This document shows positions 1-8,393 of a stretch of 48,789 bases of DNA, one piece after another. The DNA lies in NCBI GenBank assembly GCA_902796545.1, contig CADBPF010000051.1, positions 1 through 48,789 on the forward strand, in the 5' to 3' direction. A program made the position numbers and the translations under genes. Numbering within the stretch: position 1 is the stretch's first letter; each line of letters starts with the position of its first letter. Origin of the DNA: an uncultured Ruminococcus sp. (GTDB lineage Bacteria; Bacillota; Clostridia; Oscillospirales; SIG627). The notes beneath the pieces were generated by a model. The model did not search any database, was not told the origin of the DNA, and saw nothing but the letters and a program-made list of their open reading frames with translations.

Positions 1-376
1 CGCCCGCCGTATAGTCCCCGATCCCGGTGATCGAGCGCAGCGCGGCGATGTCTCTCGGCAATTCGCCGTGATACTTCTCGCAGACTTCCCGCGCGCCCTT
101 TTGCAGGTTGCGCACCCGGTTGTAGTAGCCGAGCCCCTGCCAGAGCTTCAGAAGCCGATCCTCCGGCGCGGCGGCAAGATCGGGGATCGTCGGCAGTTCC
201 GCCACGAAGCGGTTGAAATATTCGATCGCCGTGCTGACGCGGGTCTGCTGCAGCATGATCTCCGAGACCCACACCCGATAGGGCGAGGGATCCTCGCGCC
301 ACGGCAGGACGCGCCGCGCGCGGCCATACCAGTCGATCAGCGGCAAAATGAGCAAATTGAGTCGTGTTTGATCCAT
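1..376 (-). CDS. mutY: A/G-specific adenine DNA glycosylase MutY, N-terminal part (gene continues beyond the left edge)
   Basis: Absent from the ORF track because no stop lies inside the window. Reverse-strand translation from ATG at 376-374 gives MDQTRLNLLILPLIDWYGRARRVLPWREDPSPYRVWVSEIMLQQTRV...LWQGLGYYNRVRNL...ITGIGDYTAG, a typical MutY/HhH-GPD N-terminus. The + ORF 68..439 is its antisense shadow. Confidence 0.85.
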   Translation of the reverse strand, partial: MDQTRLNLLILPLIDWYGRARRVLPWREDPSPYRVWVSEIMLQQTRVSTAIEYFNRFVAELPTIPDLAAAPEDRLLKLWQGLGYYNRVRNLQKGAREVCEKYHGELPRDIAALRSITGIGDYTAG

Positions 377-421
377 ACCGTCTCCGTTTCTATTGATATC
401 CTATCGTTTCCGGCGCCGCCT

Positions 422-464
422 GTCAAGGAAAACCCTTGACTTTTTTGATACTTGAATCTAAAAT
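422..464 (+). promoter_or_regulatory. sigma-A type promoter for the 504..3014 gene, overlapped by an inverted repeat
   Basis: TTGACT (436-441), 17-nt spacer, TAAAAT (459-464). Inverted repeat GTCAAGG (422-428) / CCTTGAC (434-440) overlaps the -35. Confidence 0.55.
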
Positions 465-503
465 AAGTATGGCATTTTATGAAAACTGCTTTCCGGAGGA
501 ATT

Positions 504-3014
504 ATGACCAATTCACCGACCGCAATCCTGTTATGTGCCGGACGCGGCAGCCGTATGAAAAGCGACCGTACTCACAAAGTATGCTTTGAGATCGCGGGGA
601 TCCCTGCGGTCATCCGCCTGATCGATAATTTCAAAACGGCAGGCGTGCATCGTTTCGTCGTCGTCGTCGGTTCCAAAGCCGACAAGGTCATGGAATGCTT
701 AAAACACGTGGACGGCGTGATGTTTGCCTACCAGTCGGAGCAAAGCGGCACGGGCGACGCCGCGATCTGCGGTCTGCACGCGCTGACTTCGTTCGGATAC
801 GACGGGCCCGTGATCATTTCCATGGGCGATAAGATCGTCGCTCCGGATCTGATCCGATCGCTGATCGAGGCGCAATCCTCCTCCGGCGCCGCCATTTCTT
901 TTTTGACGCAGCCCAAATCCTATAATCCCTCCGGCGGGCGCATCGTCAAACGCGGCGGGAACGTGATCGGCATCGTGGAGCACATGGACGAATTGCGCTT
1001 CAAACTGATGCAGCAGGAAGACCGTTCCGACGCCGCGATCAGAAAATCCATCGCAAAATGGCGCTTGAGCGAGAAAAAAGCCGCTCTGTTGTATTCGATC
1101 GCGATCGAGGACGCGAAAAAAGGTCTGACCAAACTTCCCAAACCCCTCGAAGACATCACCGAAAAGGATTTGCGGAACGTCAAATCCGTCAACGCCGCCG
1201 TATATTACTGCAGCGACGCCAAGACCGTTCTGCGCCGGCTGAACCGCGTGACCTCCGGCAACGCGCAGGGTGAGATCTATCTGACGGATATGATCAATCT
1301 GACCTGCAGAAAAGAGCCGGTCGTCACAGTCGAGATCGACGCGAAAGAAAAGCTTCTGACCTATTCCACGATGGACGAGCTGTTGCAGATCCAGTCCTAT
1401 TTTACCGCGCCGCTCCAGCGGGACGATCTCAAAACCGCTTCCGACTGGATCGCCGATTTCAACGCCGGCAAACTCGATCAAAAACTCAAGGATATCTACG
1501 GCACCAAGGGCTTTTCCGCCGCCCTGCGCGATCCCTATATCAACGCCTGCAAATCGTTTATCGAACGCTTCGGCGATCTGCCGATCGTCATCAGCCGCGC
1601 GCCGGGCAGGGTCAATCTGATGGGGCGCCATATCGAGCATCGCGGCGGCAGTACGAACATTCTCGCAATCAACCGGGAAACGATCTGCGTCGCGAGCCCC
1701 AGACCCGACAACGTGGTCGAGATCGCCAACATCGATCCCACTTTCCCCGTGCGCGATTTTTCCATTCTCGATATCATCTCGTCGTACGAAACGGACGACT
1801 GGCTGGAATTTATCGAAAGCGAGAAGATCCTGGAGCTCGTTTCCAACACCCGCGGCGACTGGGCAAACTACGTGAAAGCGGGCATTTTGCGCCTGCAGCT
1901 TGCCAATAAATCCTTGCTGCTCACCGGGATGAATATGCTCTTTTCCGGTAATATCCCCATGGCGGCGGGGCTTTCCTCGTCCTCTTCCCTTGTGGTCGCC
2001 TCCATGGAAGCCACGATCGCGCTCAACCGGCTCGATCTGACCGTGCAGGATTTCGTCGCGCTCTCCGGCGAAGGCGAATGGTTCGTCGGCAGTCGCGGCG
2101 GCAGCGGCGATCACGCCGCCATGAAATGCGGCGAGCGCGGCATGATCACGCACATGAATTTCAGTCCCTTCTCGGTCGGCGAGCGCGTGCCCTGGTCGGA
2201 GGATTACGATATCCTCGTGGCAAACTCCGGCATCATGGCAAAAAAGAGCGGCAACGCCAAGGATCTGTTCAACGCCATGGTCGCCACTTATGAGCTGGCG
2301 TTCATGTGCGTGCTGGAAGCGTTTCCGGAATACGCGCACAAGCTCGCCTGCCTGCGCGACATCAACGCAAAGAATCTCGGCGTATCGCCGAGCCGCATTT
2401 ACGAGATCCTTTTGAAAGTCCCCCGCTCGATCAAGCGCGAGGATCTGTTCACTTACTTCCCCAAGAATTATCACGATCATATCCGTCAGCTCCTGTCCAC
2501 GCACGCGCCGTTTTCGAATTACCCCCTGCGCGGCGCCTTATTGTACGGGCTTGCGGAATGTGACCGCGCCAATCGTTGCATCGAGCTGTTGAAGAAAAAA
2601 CGCTTTGCCGATCTCGGCGAATTAATGTGTATCTCGCACAACGGAGACCGCGTCTGGCAGAACGGACGCCGCTACCGCGGAGACGACAGCGACGAGTATC
2701 TGTACGGTCTGATCAACGATCTGAAAAGCGAGGACAGCGAACGCGTGGAAGCCGCGCAGATCTGGCATCAGCCGGGCGCTTACTGCTGCTCCAAGCGTGA
2801 GATCGACCTTTTGATCGATTTCCTCTTGTCCCGCGAGGGCGTGCTCGGCGCGCAGCTCTCCGGCGCAGGACTCGGCGGCTGCGTGATCGCGCTCGTGGAT
2901 GCGCGCTTTACCGATAAAGTCCTTGCCTCGCTCAACCGCAACTACTATGAGGCAAAGAATCTGCCCGGTCTCGCCTCGGTCTTCACCCCGGTCGCCGGCA
3001 GCTCCGTCCTCTAA
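504..3014 (+). CDS. bifunctional sugar-1-phosphate nucleotidylyltransferase / GHMP-family sugar kinase (fusion protein, substrate unknown)
   Basis: 836-aa ORF with GGAGG at 495-499 just upstream of the ATG. The N-terminal third has LLCAGRGSRMKS, GTGDA and MGDK, as in GlmU/MobA-like NTP transferases. The C-terminal ~480 aa has APGRVNLMGRHIEHRGG (galactokinase-type motif), PMAAGLSSSSSLVVA (GHMP motif II) and SGAGLGGCVIALV (motif III). Confidence 0.8.
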   Translation: MTNSPTAILLCAGRGSRMKSDRTHKVCFEIAGIPAVIRLIDNFKTAGVHRFVVVVGSKADKVMECLKHVDGVMFAYQSEQSGTGDAAICGLHALTSFGYDGPVIISMGDKIVAPDLIRSLIEAQSSSGAAISFLTQPKSYNPSGGRIVKRGGNVIGIVEHMDELRFKLMQQEDRSDAAIRKSIAKWRLSEKKAALLYSIAIEDAKKGLTKLPKPLEDITEKDLRNVKSVNAAVYYCSDAKTVLRRLNRVTSGNAQGEIYLTDMINLTCRKEPVVTVEIDAKEKLLTYSTMDELLQIQSYFTAPLQRDDLKTASDWIADFNAGKLDQKLKDIYGTKGFSAALRDPYINACKSFIERFGDLPIVISRAPGRVNLMGRHIEHRGGSTNILAINRETICVASPRPDNVVEIANIDPTFPVRDFSILDIISSYETDDWLEFIESEKILELVSNTRGDWANYVKAGILRLQLANKSLLLTGMNMLFSGNIPMAAGLSSSSSLVVASMEATIALNRLDLTVQDFVALSGEGEWFVGSRGGSGDHAAMKCGERGMITHMNFSPFSVGERVPWSEDYDILVANSGIMAKKSGNAKDLFNAMVATYELAFMCVLEAFPEYAHKLACLRDINAKNLGVSPSRIYEILLKVPRSIKREDLFTYFPKNYHDHIRQLLSTHAPFSNYPLRGALLYGLAECDRANRCIELLKKKRFADLGELMCISHNGDRVWQNGRRYRGDDSDEYLYGLINDLKSEDSERVEAAQIWHQPGAYCCSKREIDLLIDFLLSREGVLGAQLSGAGLGGCVIALVDARFTDKVLASLNRNYYEAKNLPGLASVFTPVAGSSVL

Positions 3015-3020
3015 AGTAAT

Positions 3021-3055
3021 AAAAAAAGAACGCACCCCGGTGCGTTCTTTTTTTT
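3021..3055. terminator. bidirectional intrinsic terminator between convergent genes
   Basis: AAAAAAA-GAACGCAC-cccg-GTGCGTTC-TTTTTTTT. Perfect 8-bp stem (3028-3047) flanked by an A-run and a T-run. Confidence 0.85.
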
Positions 3056-3061
3056 GCCGTT

Positions 3062-4309
3062 TTATCCCGCTTTTTTGCGATTCAAAAGCAGCTGTTCATA
3101 TTCTTTCGGGATCTCTTGAACCATCTCTTTTGTGATACGGATCTCTTTGTCGCTGCGGCTCGGCGCGTCGTACATCATCGGGCGCAAAAAGCCCTCCATG
3201 ATGCTCCGCAGTCCGCGCGCGCCGGTGTTCTGCTCGGTGGCAAGGATCGCGACTTCCCGCAGCGCGTCGTCGTCGAACACCAGTTTGATACCGTCCATTT
3301 CAAACAGCTTTTCATACTGCCGTACCAAGGAGTTTTTCGGCTCTTTTAAGATCCGGATCAGACCCTCGGTATCGAGCTTGTCCATGGAGACCAAAACCGG
3401 CACTCTGCCGACCAATTCCGGAATCAGCCCGTATTTCACGAGATCCTGCGGGATCACGGAATGCAGGATATTGTGATTTTCCCGGTCCTCTTTGTTCCGG
3501 ATGGGAGCGCTGTATCCGACGGTCTGCGCGCCTTTGCGGCGTTCAATGATCTGCTCGATCCCGTCGAACGCGCCGCCGCAGATAAACAGGATATTCGTCG
3601 TGTCGATCTGGATAAACTCCTGATTCGGGTGCTTTCTGCCGCCCTGCGGCGGCACGTTGGAGACCGTTCCCTCCAGGATCTTCAAAAGCGCCTGCTGAAC
3701 GCCCTCGCCCGAAACGTCGCGGGTGATCGAACGGTTTTCGCTTCTGCGGGAGATCTTATCGATCTCGTCGATATAGATGATCCCTTTTTCCGCAAGCTCG
3801 ATATCGTAATCCGCCGCCTGGATCAGACGCAAAAGGATGTTCTCCACGTCCTCCCCGACGTAACCCGCCTCGGTGAGCGTGGTCGCATCCGCGATGGCAA
3901 AGGGCACCTTCAGGGTCTTGGCAAGCGTCTGGGCAAGATAGGTCTTCCCCACACCCGTCGGTCCGAGCAGCAAAACGTTGCTTTTCTGGATCTCCACGTC
4001 GCCCTTTTGTTTTTGCAGGATCCGTTTATAGTGGTTATAGACCGCGACGGAAAGCGCGATCTTCGCCTCGGTCTGCCCGACCACGTATTCGTCGAGCGCG
4101 TGCTTGATCTGCTGGGGCTTCGGAAGCGATTCCAACTGCAGCGGACTGTGCATCCTTGCGCTTTCCTCGGTCTTTTCCAAAAGCATTTCGCAAAGACCGA
4201 CGCAATTGTTGCAGATGAACGCGCCGTCCGCTCCGGGGATCAGCACTTTGACCTGCTTTTCGTCCTTTCCGCAAAAGGAACAGGTATAAAGGGGCTTCTG
4301 GTTTGCCAT
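3062..4309 (-). CDS. clpX: ATP-dependent Clp protease ATP-binding subunit ClpX
   Basis: 415 aa. N-terminal zinc ribbon CSFCGK...CNNC, Walker A GPTGVGKT, Walker [19 protein letters not shown] upstream of ATG at 4309. Confidence 0.97.
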   Translation of the reverse strand: MANQKPLYTCSFCGKDEKQVKVLIPGADGAFICNNCVGLCEMLLEKTEESARMHSPLQLESLPKPQQIKHALDEYVVGQTEAKIALSVAVYNHYKRILQKQKGDVEIQKSNVLLLGPTGVGKTYLAQTLAKTLKVPFAIADATTLTEAGYVGEDVENILLRLIQAADYDIELAEKGIIYIDEIDKISRRSENRSITRDVSGEGVQQALLKILEGTVSNVPPQGGRKHPNQEFIQIDTTNILFICGGAFDGIEQIIERRKGAQTVGYSAPIRNKEDRENHNILHSVIPQDLVKYGLIPELVGRVPVLVSMDKLDTEGLIRILKEPKNSLVRQYEKLFEMDGIKLVFDDDALREVAILATEQNTGARGLRSIMEGFLRPMMYDAPSRSDKEIRITKEMVQEIPKEYEQLLLNRKKAG

Positions 4310-4317
4310 AGAACTCC

Positions 4318-4911
4318 TTACTGTAACTCGCCGCGATTGGTCAGCACGCGATCGATCAGCCCGTATTCGCGCGCTTCGTCCGCGGTCATGAAATGATCGC
4401 GGTCGGTGTCGCGGGTGATCACGTCGAGCGACTGGCCCGTCTTTTCAGACAGGATGCGGTTCATTTTTTCGCGGATCTGGATGATGTGATCCGCATGGAT
4501 CTTGATATCGCTCGCCTGACCCTGCATACCGCCGAGCGGCTGGTGGATCAGAATTTCGCTGTTCGGAAGCGCGAGGCGCTTGCCCTTCGTTCCGGCGGCA
4601 AGCAGGAAGGCGCCCATAGACGCCGCCATGCCCACGCAGATCGTGGAAACATCGCACTTGATGAAGTTCATGGTGTCGTAGATCGCCATTCCCGCGGAAA
4701 TGGATCCGCCGGGGCTGTTGATGTAGAGCGAGATGTCTTTGTCCGCGTCCTGCGCTTCCAGATACAACAGCTGTGCGACCACGAGCGACGCGGTCACGTC
4801 GTTGACTTCATCCGCTAAAAACACGATGCGGTCATTTAAGAGTCTGGAATAAATATCGTAAGAGCGCTCGCCGTGTCCGGTCTGCTCCACGACCATCGGT
4901 ACTAATGCCAT
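4318..4911 (-). CDS. clpP: ATP-dependent Clp protease proteolytic subunit ClpP
   Basis: 197 aa. [19 protein letters not shown]..., catalytic Ser context [23 protein letters not shown]. Confidence 0.97.
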   Translation of the reverse strand: MALVPMVVEQTGHGERSYDIYSRLLNDRIVFLADEVNDVTASLVVAQLLYLEAQDADKDISLYINSPGGSISAGMAIYDTMNFIKCDVSTICVGMAASMGAFLLAAGTKGKRLALPNSEILIHQPLGGMQGQASDIKIHADHIIQIREKMNRILSEKTGQSLDVITRDTDRDHFMTADEAREYGLIDRVLTNRGELQ

Positions 4912-4940
4912 ATCCTACCTCCTGTAAAGAAACGATCGGT

Positions 4941-6344
4941 TCACTCCGCCTTGTCAGCCGTTTTTTTCGCGGCAGGCTTTTTCGCGGGCGCTTTTTTGGC
5001 GGGTGCTTTCTTTGCCGGGGCTTTCTTTTCCGCCTCGGTCTTCTTTTCCAGTTCTTCAAACGGTTTGTCTTCGATCACGGCGGAATTCCTGACAAAGTCG
5101 AACGCGGATTTCATAGCCAGATCTTCTTTTAAGACTTCTTCGTTTAAGAGTTCGCGGCATTTCTCGACTTCCATGCCGTACAATTCGGCAAGGCGCTTGT
5201 ATTCCGCATCGATCTCGTCGGCGGACGGCGCGATCTTTTCGGCTTTCGCGATCGCTTCCAGCGCAAGGCGCGTCTTGACCTGACGCTCGGCGCGCGGCGC
5301 AAGCTCCGCTTTGAGATTTTCGATCGTCTGCCCGGTGTATTTCAGATACATCTCGAGCGAGATGCCCTGCTGGCTCATATTGTATTCGTAATCGCGCAGC
5401 ATATTCTCGCATTCGGTATCATACATGCATTGCGGGATCTCTTCTTCCACCTTGGCGACGAGCGCGTCGGTGAGCTCCGCGTCCAGCGCGTCTTGAGCGG
5501 CATGCTCGTTCTGATGCTCTAGTTTGTGCTTGACGTCCGCTTTGTATTCTTTCAAAGTATCGAATTCGGAAACGTCTTTGGCAAATTCATCGTCGAGTTC
5601 CGGCAATTCGGTCTGCTCCAAGCTGCATAGCTTCACGGCAAAGACCGCTTCTTTCCCGGCAAGATCCTTCGCGTGGTATTCCTTTGGGAAGGTCACGTTC
5701 ACGTCGAACTCGTCGCCGGGCTTATGACCGACGATCTGATCTTCAAAGCCGGGGATGAACTGACCGCTGCCGAGCTTCAAGTGATGCCCCTCGTCCGTGC
5801 CGCCTTCAAACGCGACGCCGTTGAGCGTTCCCTTGTAATCGATCACCGCGGTATCGCCGAGGCGCGCCTCGCGGTCGCTCACCTCGATCTCGCGGGCGTT
5901 GCGTTCACGGGTGCGTTCGATCGCCTCGTCCACGTCTTTTGCCGTGACCTTGCGCAGATAACGGGTCGCTTTGATGCCCTTGTAATCCTTGATGGTCAGT
6001 TCCGGCTTGGTATAGTATTTGGCGGTCCCTTTCACGCCGTCCTCGCCGATCTCTTCGAGATCCAGTTCCGGGCGGCTCACCACGTCGATCTTCGCTTCCT
6101 TGACCGCGTCTTCCAGCACTTCCGGCAGAAGATCGTTTAACGCGTCTTCATAGAAAAAGCCTTTCCCGTACATCTTCTCGATGATGGAACGGGGCGCTTT
6201 GCCCTTGCGGAATCCGGGGATGGAGACCCTGGGCGCCTTCTTGTGATACACGCGATCGACCGCCGCGTCAAAATCCGCCTTGGGGATCGAAAACTCCAAA
6301 ACCGCCGTGTTGTCCTGATTCTTGGTGACTTTCTGCAAACTCAT
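4941..6344 (-). CDS. tig: trigger factor (ribosome-associated PPIase chaperone) with an unusual Lys/Ala/Pro-rich C-terminal tail
   Basis: Domain order is ribosome-binding N-domain (GFRKGKAP), FKBP-type PPIase, then C-domain. I prefer ATG at 6344 (MSLQKV...) over the track's TTG at 6362. Forms a tig-clpP-clpX gene string. Confidence 0.93.
   Translation of the reverse strand: MSLQKVTKNQDNTAVLEFSIPKADFDAAVDRVYHKKAPRVSIPGFRKGKAPRSIIEKMYGKGFFYEDALNDLLPEVLEDAVKEAKIDVVSRPELDLEEIGEDGVKGTAKYYTKPELTIKDYKGIKATRYLRKVTAKDVDEAIERTRERNAREIEVSDREARLGDTAVIDYKGTLNGVAFEGGTDEGHHLKLGSGQFIPGFEDQIVGHKPGDEFDVNVTFPKEYHAKDLAGKEAVFAVKLCSLEQTELPELDDEFAKDVSEFDTLKEYKADVKHKLEHQNEHAAQDALDAELTDALVAKVEEEIPQCMYDTECENMLRDYEYNMSQQGISLEMYLKYTGQTIENLKAELAPRAERQVKTRLALEAIAKAEKIAPSADEIDAEYKRLAELYGMEVEKCRELLNEEVLKEDLAMKSAFDFVRNSAVIEDKPFEELEKKTEAEKKAPAKKAPAKKAPAKKPAAKKTADKAE
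4944..5036 (-). repeat. coding low-complexity tail EAEKKAPAKKAPAKKAPAKKPAAKKTADKAE at the trigger factor C-terminus
   Basis: 15-nt periodic DNA (KKAPA units) is directly visible, e.g. ggcgggtgctttctttgccggggctttc on the + strand. Confidence 0.8.
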
Positions 6345-6410
6345 GGCACTTTCTTTCGGCAAACGGGTTGCCGATTTCCTTTCTTTACTTTGCTATTTGC
6401 ATTTCAAATT

Positions 6411-6439
6411 ATTATATGGATTTTTTTGGGTTTTGTCAA
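6411..6439 (-). promoter_or_regulatory. consensus sigma-A promoter for tig
   Basis: On the minus strand: TTGACA (6439-6434), 17 nt, TATAAT (6416-6411). Confidence 0.7.
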
Positions 6440-6497
6440 GCACCTTCACAGTTTCCGATCTGTCGATCCTTTCATATACTGTACCCGGAGTGAGTCT

Positions 6498-6905
6498 ATG
6501 AAAACCGAGCGCACGAAAAGTGAGAAGATCCCGGTGATCGCGCACCGCCGCCGGATCGGAACGGATCGCGGATTTTTGCTGTATGAAACGACGCTTTTGG
6601 CAAGATCGAGCGGAAATTACCGCCTGTGCGCGCGATTCGTGACCACTTCCGACCCCGCGGCAAGCCGCCTCAATGATTTCTGGGAAGCGCTGGCGTTCCA
6701 CTGGATCGAGGCAAAAGCCGACGCAAAGCGATCAAAAAGAGCGATCGCAAAAGCCGTCTTTGAGATCCGCCCGGAGCCTGCGGCAAAGCGGGACGGCAAA
6801 AAATCCATCGTCCGGGTCCTTTCCCGGGTCGTCTTCCGGAACGGAGCCGCAATCACGCGCAAAACGCGCGTCCGATACGATCCGGAAAACTTTACTCTCT
6901 GCTGA
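6498..6905 (+). CDS. hypothetical basic protein (135 aa), no recognisable family
   Basis: In-frame ATG at 6498 preceded by GGAG (6487-6490). The upstream part of track ORF 6243..6905 overlaps tig and its promoter and is unlikely to be translated. Sequence MKTERTKSEKIPVIAHRRRIG... carries no motif I recognise. Confidence 0.45.
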   Translation: MKTERTKSEKIPVIAHRRRIGTDRGFLLYETTLLARSSGNYRLCARFVTTSDPAASRLNDFWEALAFHWIEAKADAKRSKRAIAKAVFEIRPEPAAKRDGKKSIVRVLSRVVFRNGAAITRKTRVRYDPENFTLC

Positions 6906-6913
6906 CGGCGTTC

Positions 6914-6942
6914 TTGACAAACCGGGCAAAAACATCTATACT
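6914..6942 (+). promoter_or_regulatory. sigma-A promoter for aspartate kinase
   Basis: TTGACA (6914-6919), 17 nt, TATACT (6937-6942). Only about 30 nt remain to the ATG, so there is no room for a riboswitch. Confidence 0.65.
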
Positions 6943-6971
6943 GTTAGCACATTTTGTAAAAAGGTAGTTCT

Positions 6972-8285
6972 ATGGACGTTTTAGTTGCAAAATTCGGCGG
7001 TTCTTCGTTGTCCGGCGCAAGCCAGTTCGAGAAGGTCGCCAATATCGTGCGCGCCGACGAAAGACGGCGCTATATCGTGCCGAGCGCGCCCGGCAAGCGC
7101 TACTCTTCGGATACCAAAGTCACCGATTTATTGTATCAATGCTATCACCTGGCAAGCGGCGGCACGTTTCCGAAAGAAGAGTTTGCGCAGATCTGCGACC
7201 GCTATCGCGAGATCATCCACGGGCTCGATCTGGATCTTTCTCTGGAAGACGAATTTCAGGTGATCGAAAATCATCTGAAGACCTGCCCGGACGAAGCTTA
7301 TCTTGCCAGCCGCGGCGAGTACCTAAACGGCAGGATTTTAGCGGATCTATTGCACTTTCCTTTCTTGGACGCCGCCGAGGTGATCTGCTTTAACAAGCGC
7401 TTGTCGTTTGACGCGCACCGCACGCAGGACGTTTTGAGCGCGCGGCTGAAAACGATGGAGCACGCCGTGATCCCCGGCTTTTACGGCGCCGATCCCGACG
7501 GGCGGATTTGCACCTTTTCCCGCGGCGGAAGCGACATCACCGGCTCGATCGTGGCGCGCGCCGCCGACGCCGCGCTCTACGAGAATTTCACCGACGTATC
7601 CGGCTTTTTGATGGCGGATCCGCGCATCGTCGATCATCCGAAAGTGATCTCCACAATCACCTATCACGAACTGCGCGAGCTTTCCTATATGGGCGCGGGC
7701 GTTCTGCATCAGGACGCGATCTTCCCCGTGCGGGAATCCGGCATCCCGATCAATATCAAAAACACCAACGATCCGGAAGCGCGCGGCACGATGATCGTTC
7801 CGGTCGCGCCGCCCGATCCCGGCCGCATCATCACGGGCATCGCCGGTCACAACGGATTTTCCTTTATCACGATCGAAAAGGAAATGATGAACAACGAACT
7901 CGGCTTCGGCAGACGCGTGCTGACCGTTTTGGAGGATAACGGCATCTCCTTCGAGCATCTCCCCAGCGGCATCGACACGATGAGCGTGGTCGTCGCATCG
8001 GCTTTCATCGGCGAGAAAAAGCAAACGATCATCCACGAGATCTGCGACGCGGTCAATCCCGATCATATTTCCATTGAGGACGGTTTTTCCCTGATCGCCG
8101 TCGTGGGGCGAGGCATGATCCGCACCCAGGGCACCGCGAGCCGCATTTTCGACGCCGTGGCGCGCAGCGGGATCAACGTTCACTTGATCGACCAGGGCTC
8201 GAGCGAATTGAATATCATCATCGGCGTCAAAGACGAGGATTTCGAGTCCGCCGTGCGCGTGATCTACGACGCGTTCAACGATTAA
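6972..8285 (+). CDS. aspartate kinase (YclM / aspartokinase III-like, C-terminal ACT domains)
   Basis: 437 aa. VAKFGGSSL, SAPGKRYSSDTKVTDLL, FSRGGSDITGS, YENFTDVSGF, YHELRELSYMGAGVLH. Closely resembles my recollection of B. subtilis YclM. Confidence 0.93.
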   Translation: MDVLVAKFGGSSLSGASQFEKVANIVRADERRRYIVPSAPGKRYSSDTKVTDLLYQCYHLASGGTFPKEEFAQICDRYREIIHGLDLDLSLEDEFQVIENHLKTCPDEAYLASRGEYLNGRILADLLHFPFLDAAEVICFNKRLSFDAHRTQDVLSARLKTMEHAVIPGFYGADPDGRICTFSRGGSDITGSIVARAADAALYENFTDVSGFLMADPRIVDHPKVISTITYHELRELSYMGAGVLHQDAIFPVRESGIPINIKNTNDPEARGTMIVPVAPPDPGRIITGIAGHNGFSFITIEKEMMNNELGFGRRVLTVLEDNGISFEHLPSGIDTMSVVVASAFIGEKKQTIIHEICDAVNPDHISIEDGFSLIAVVGRGMIRTQGTASRIFDAVARSGINVHLIDQGSSELNIIIGVKDEDFESAVRVIYDAFND

Positions 8286-8300
8286 AAGACCGACTTGGAA

Positions 8301-8331
8301 AGCCGGGATCGCAAAAGCGGTCCCGGCTTTT
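8301..8331 (+). terminator. intrinsic terminator after aspartate kinase
   Basis: AGCCGGGATCGC-aaaa-GCGGTCCCGGCT (12-bp stem with one mismatch) followed by TTT. The T-run is short. Confidence 0.55.
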
Positions 8332-8332
8332 G

Positions 8333-8361
8333 GCATATCCTGCGCAAAACGCGCATATCGT
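8333..8361 (+). promoter_or_regulatory. candidate sigma-E (mother-cell) type promoter for spoIVA
   Basis: GCATATC (8333-8339), 14 nt, CATATCGT (8354-8361). The remembered B. subtilis sigma-E consensus is kmATATT-N14-CATACAnT. spoIVA is sigma-E dependent in Bacillus. Confidence 0.4.
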
Positions 8362-8393
8362 GTAGCGAAATGCAGTACGCAAAGGAGAACGCC

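Noticed and set aside
68-439. 123-aa + strand ORF at the left edge.
   Set aside because: The opposite strand encodes an unmistakable MutY N-terminus starting at 376, so this ORF is its shadow.
699-2504. 601-aa ORF antisense to the nucleotidyltransferase/kinase gene. The same applies to the other long antisense ORFs at 7347..8336, 15092..15862, 19343..20374, 21685..22788, 32457..33359, 34529..35944 and 44901..45935.
   Set aside because: These are typical shadow ORFs of a GC-rich genome. Their composition is Arg/Gly/Ala/Asp-rich, they carry no RBS and no recognisable motifs, and each lies opposite a gene with strong family signatures.
4912-4940. CtsR operator or separate promoter for clpP.
   Set aside because: The tig-clpP gap is 29 nt with only an RBS. 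No GGTCAAA heptad repeats are seen here or upstream of tig.
6943-6971. Lysine riboswitch or other leader upstream of aspartate kinase.
   Set aside because: Only about 30 nt separate the -10 from the ATG, which is too short for an L-box.
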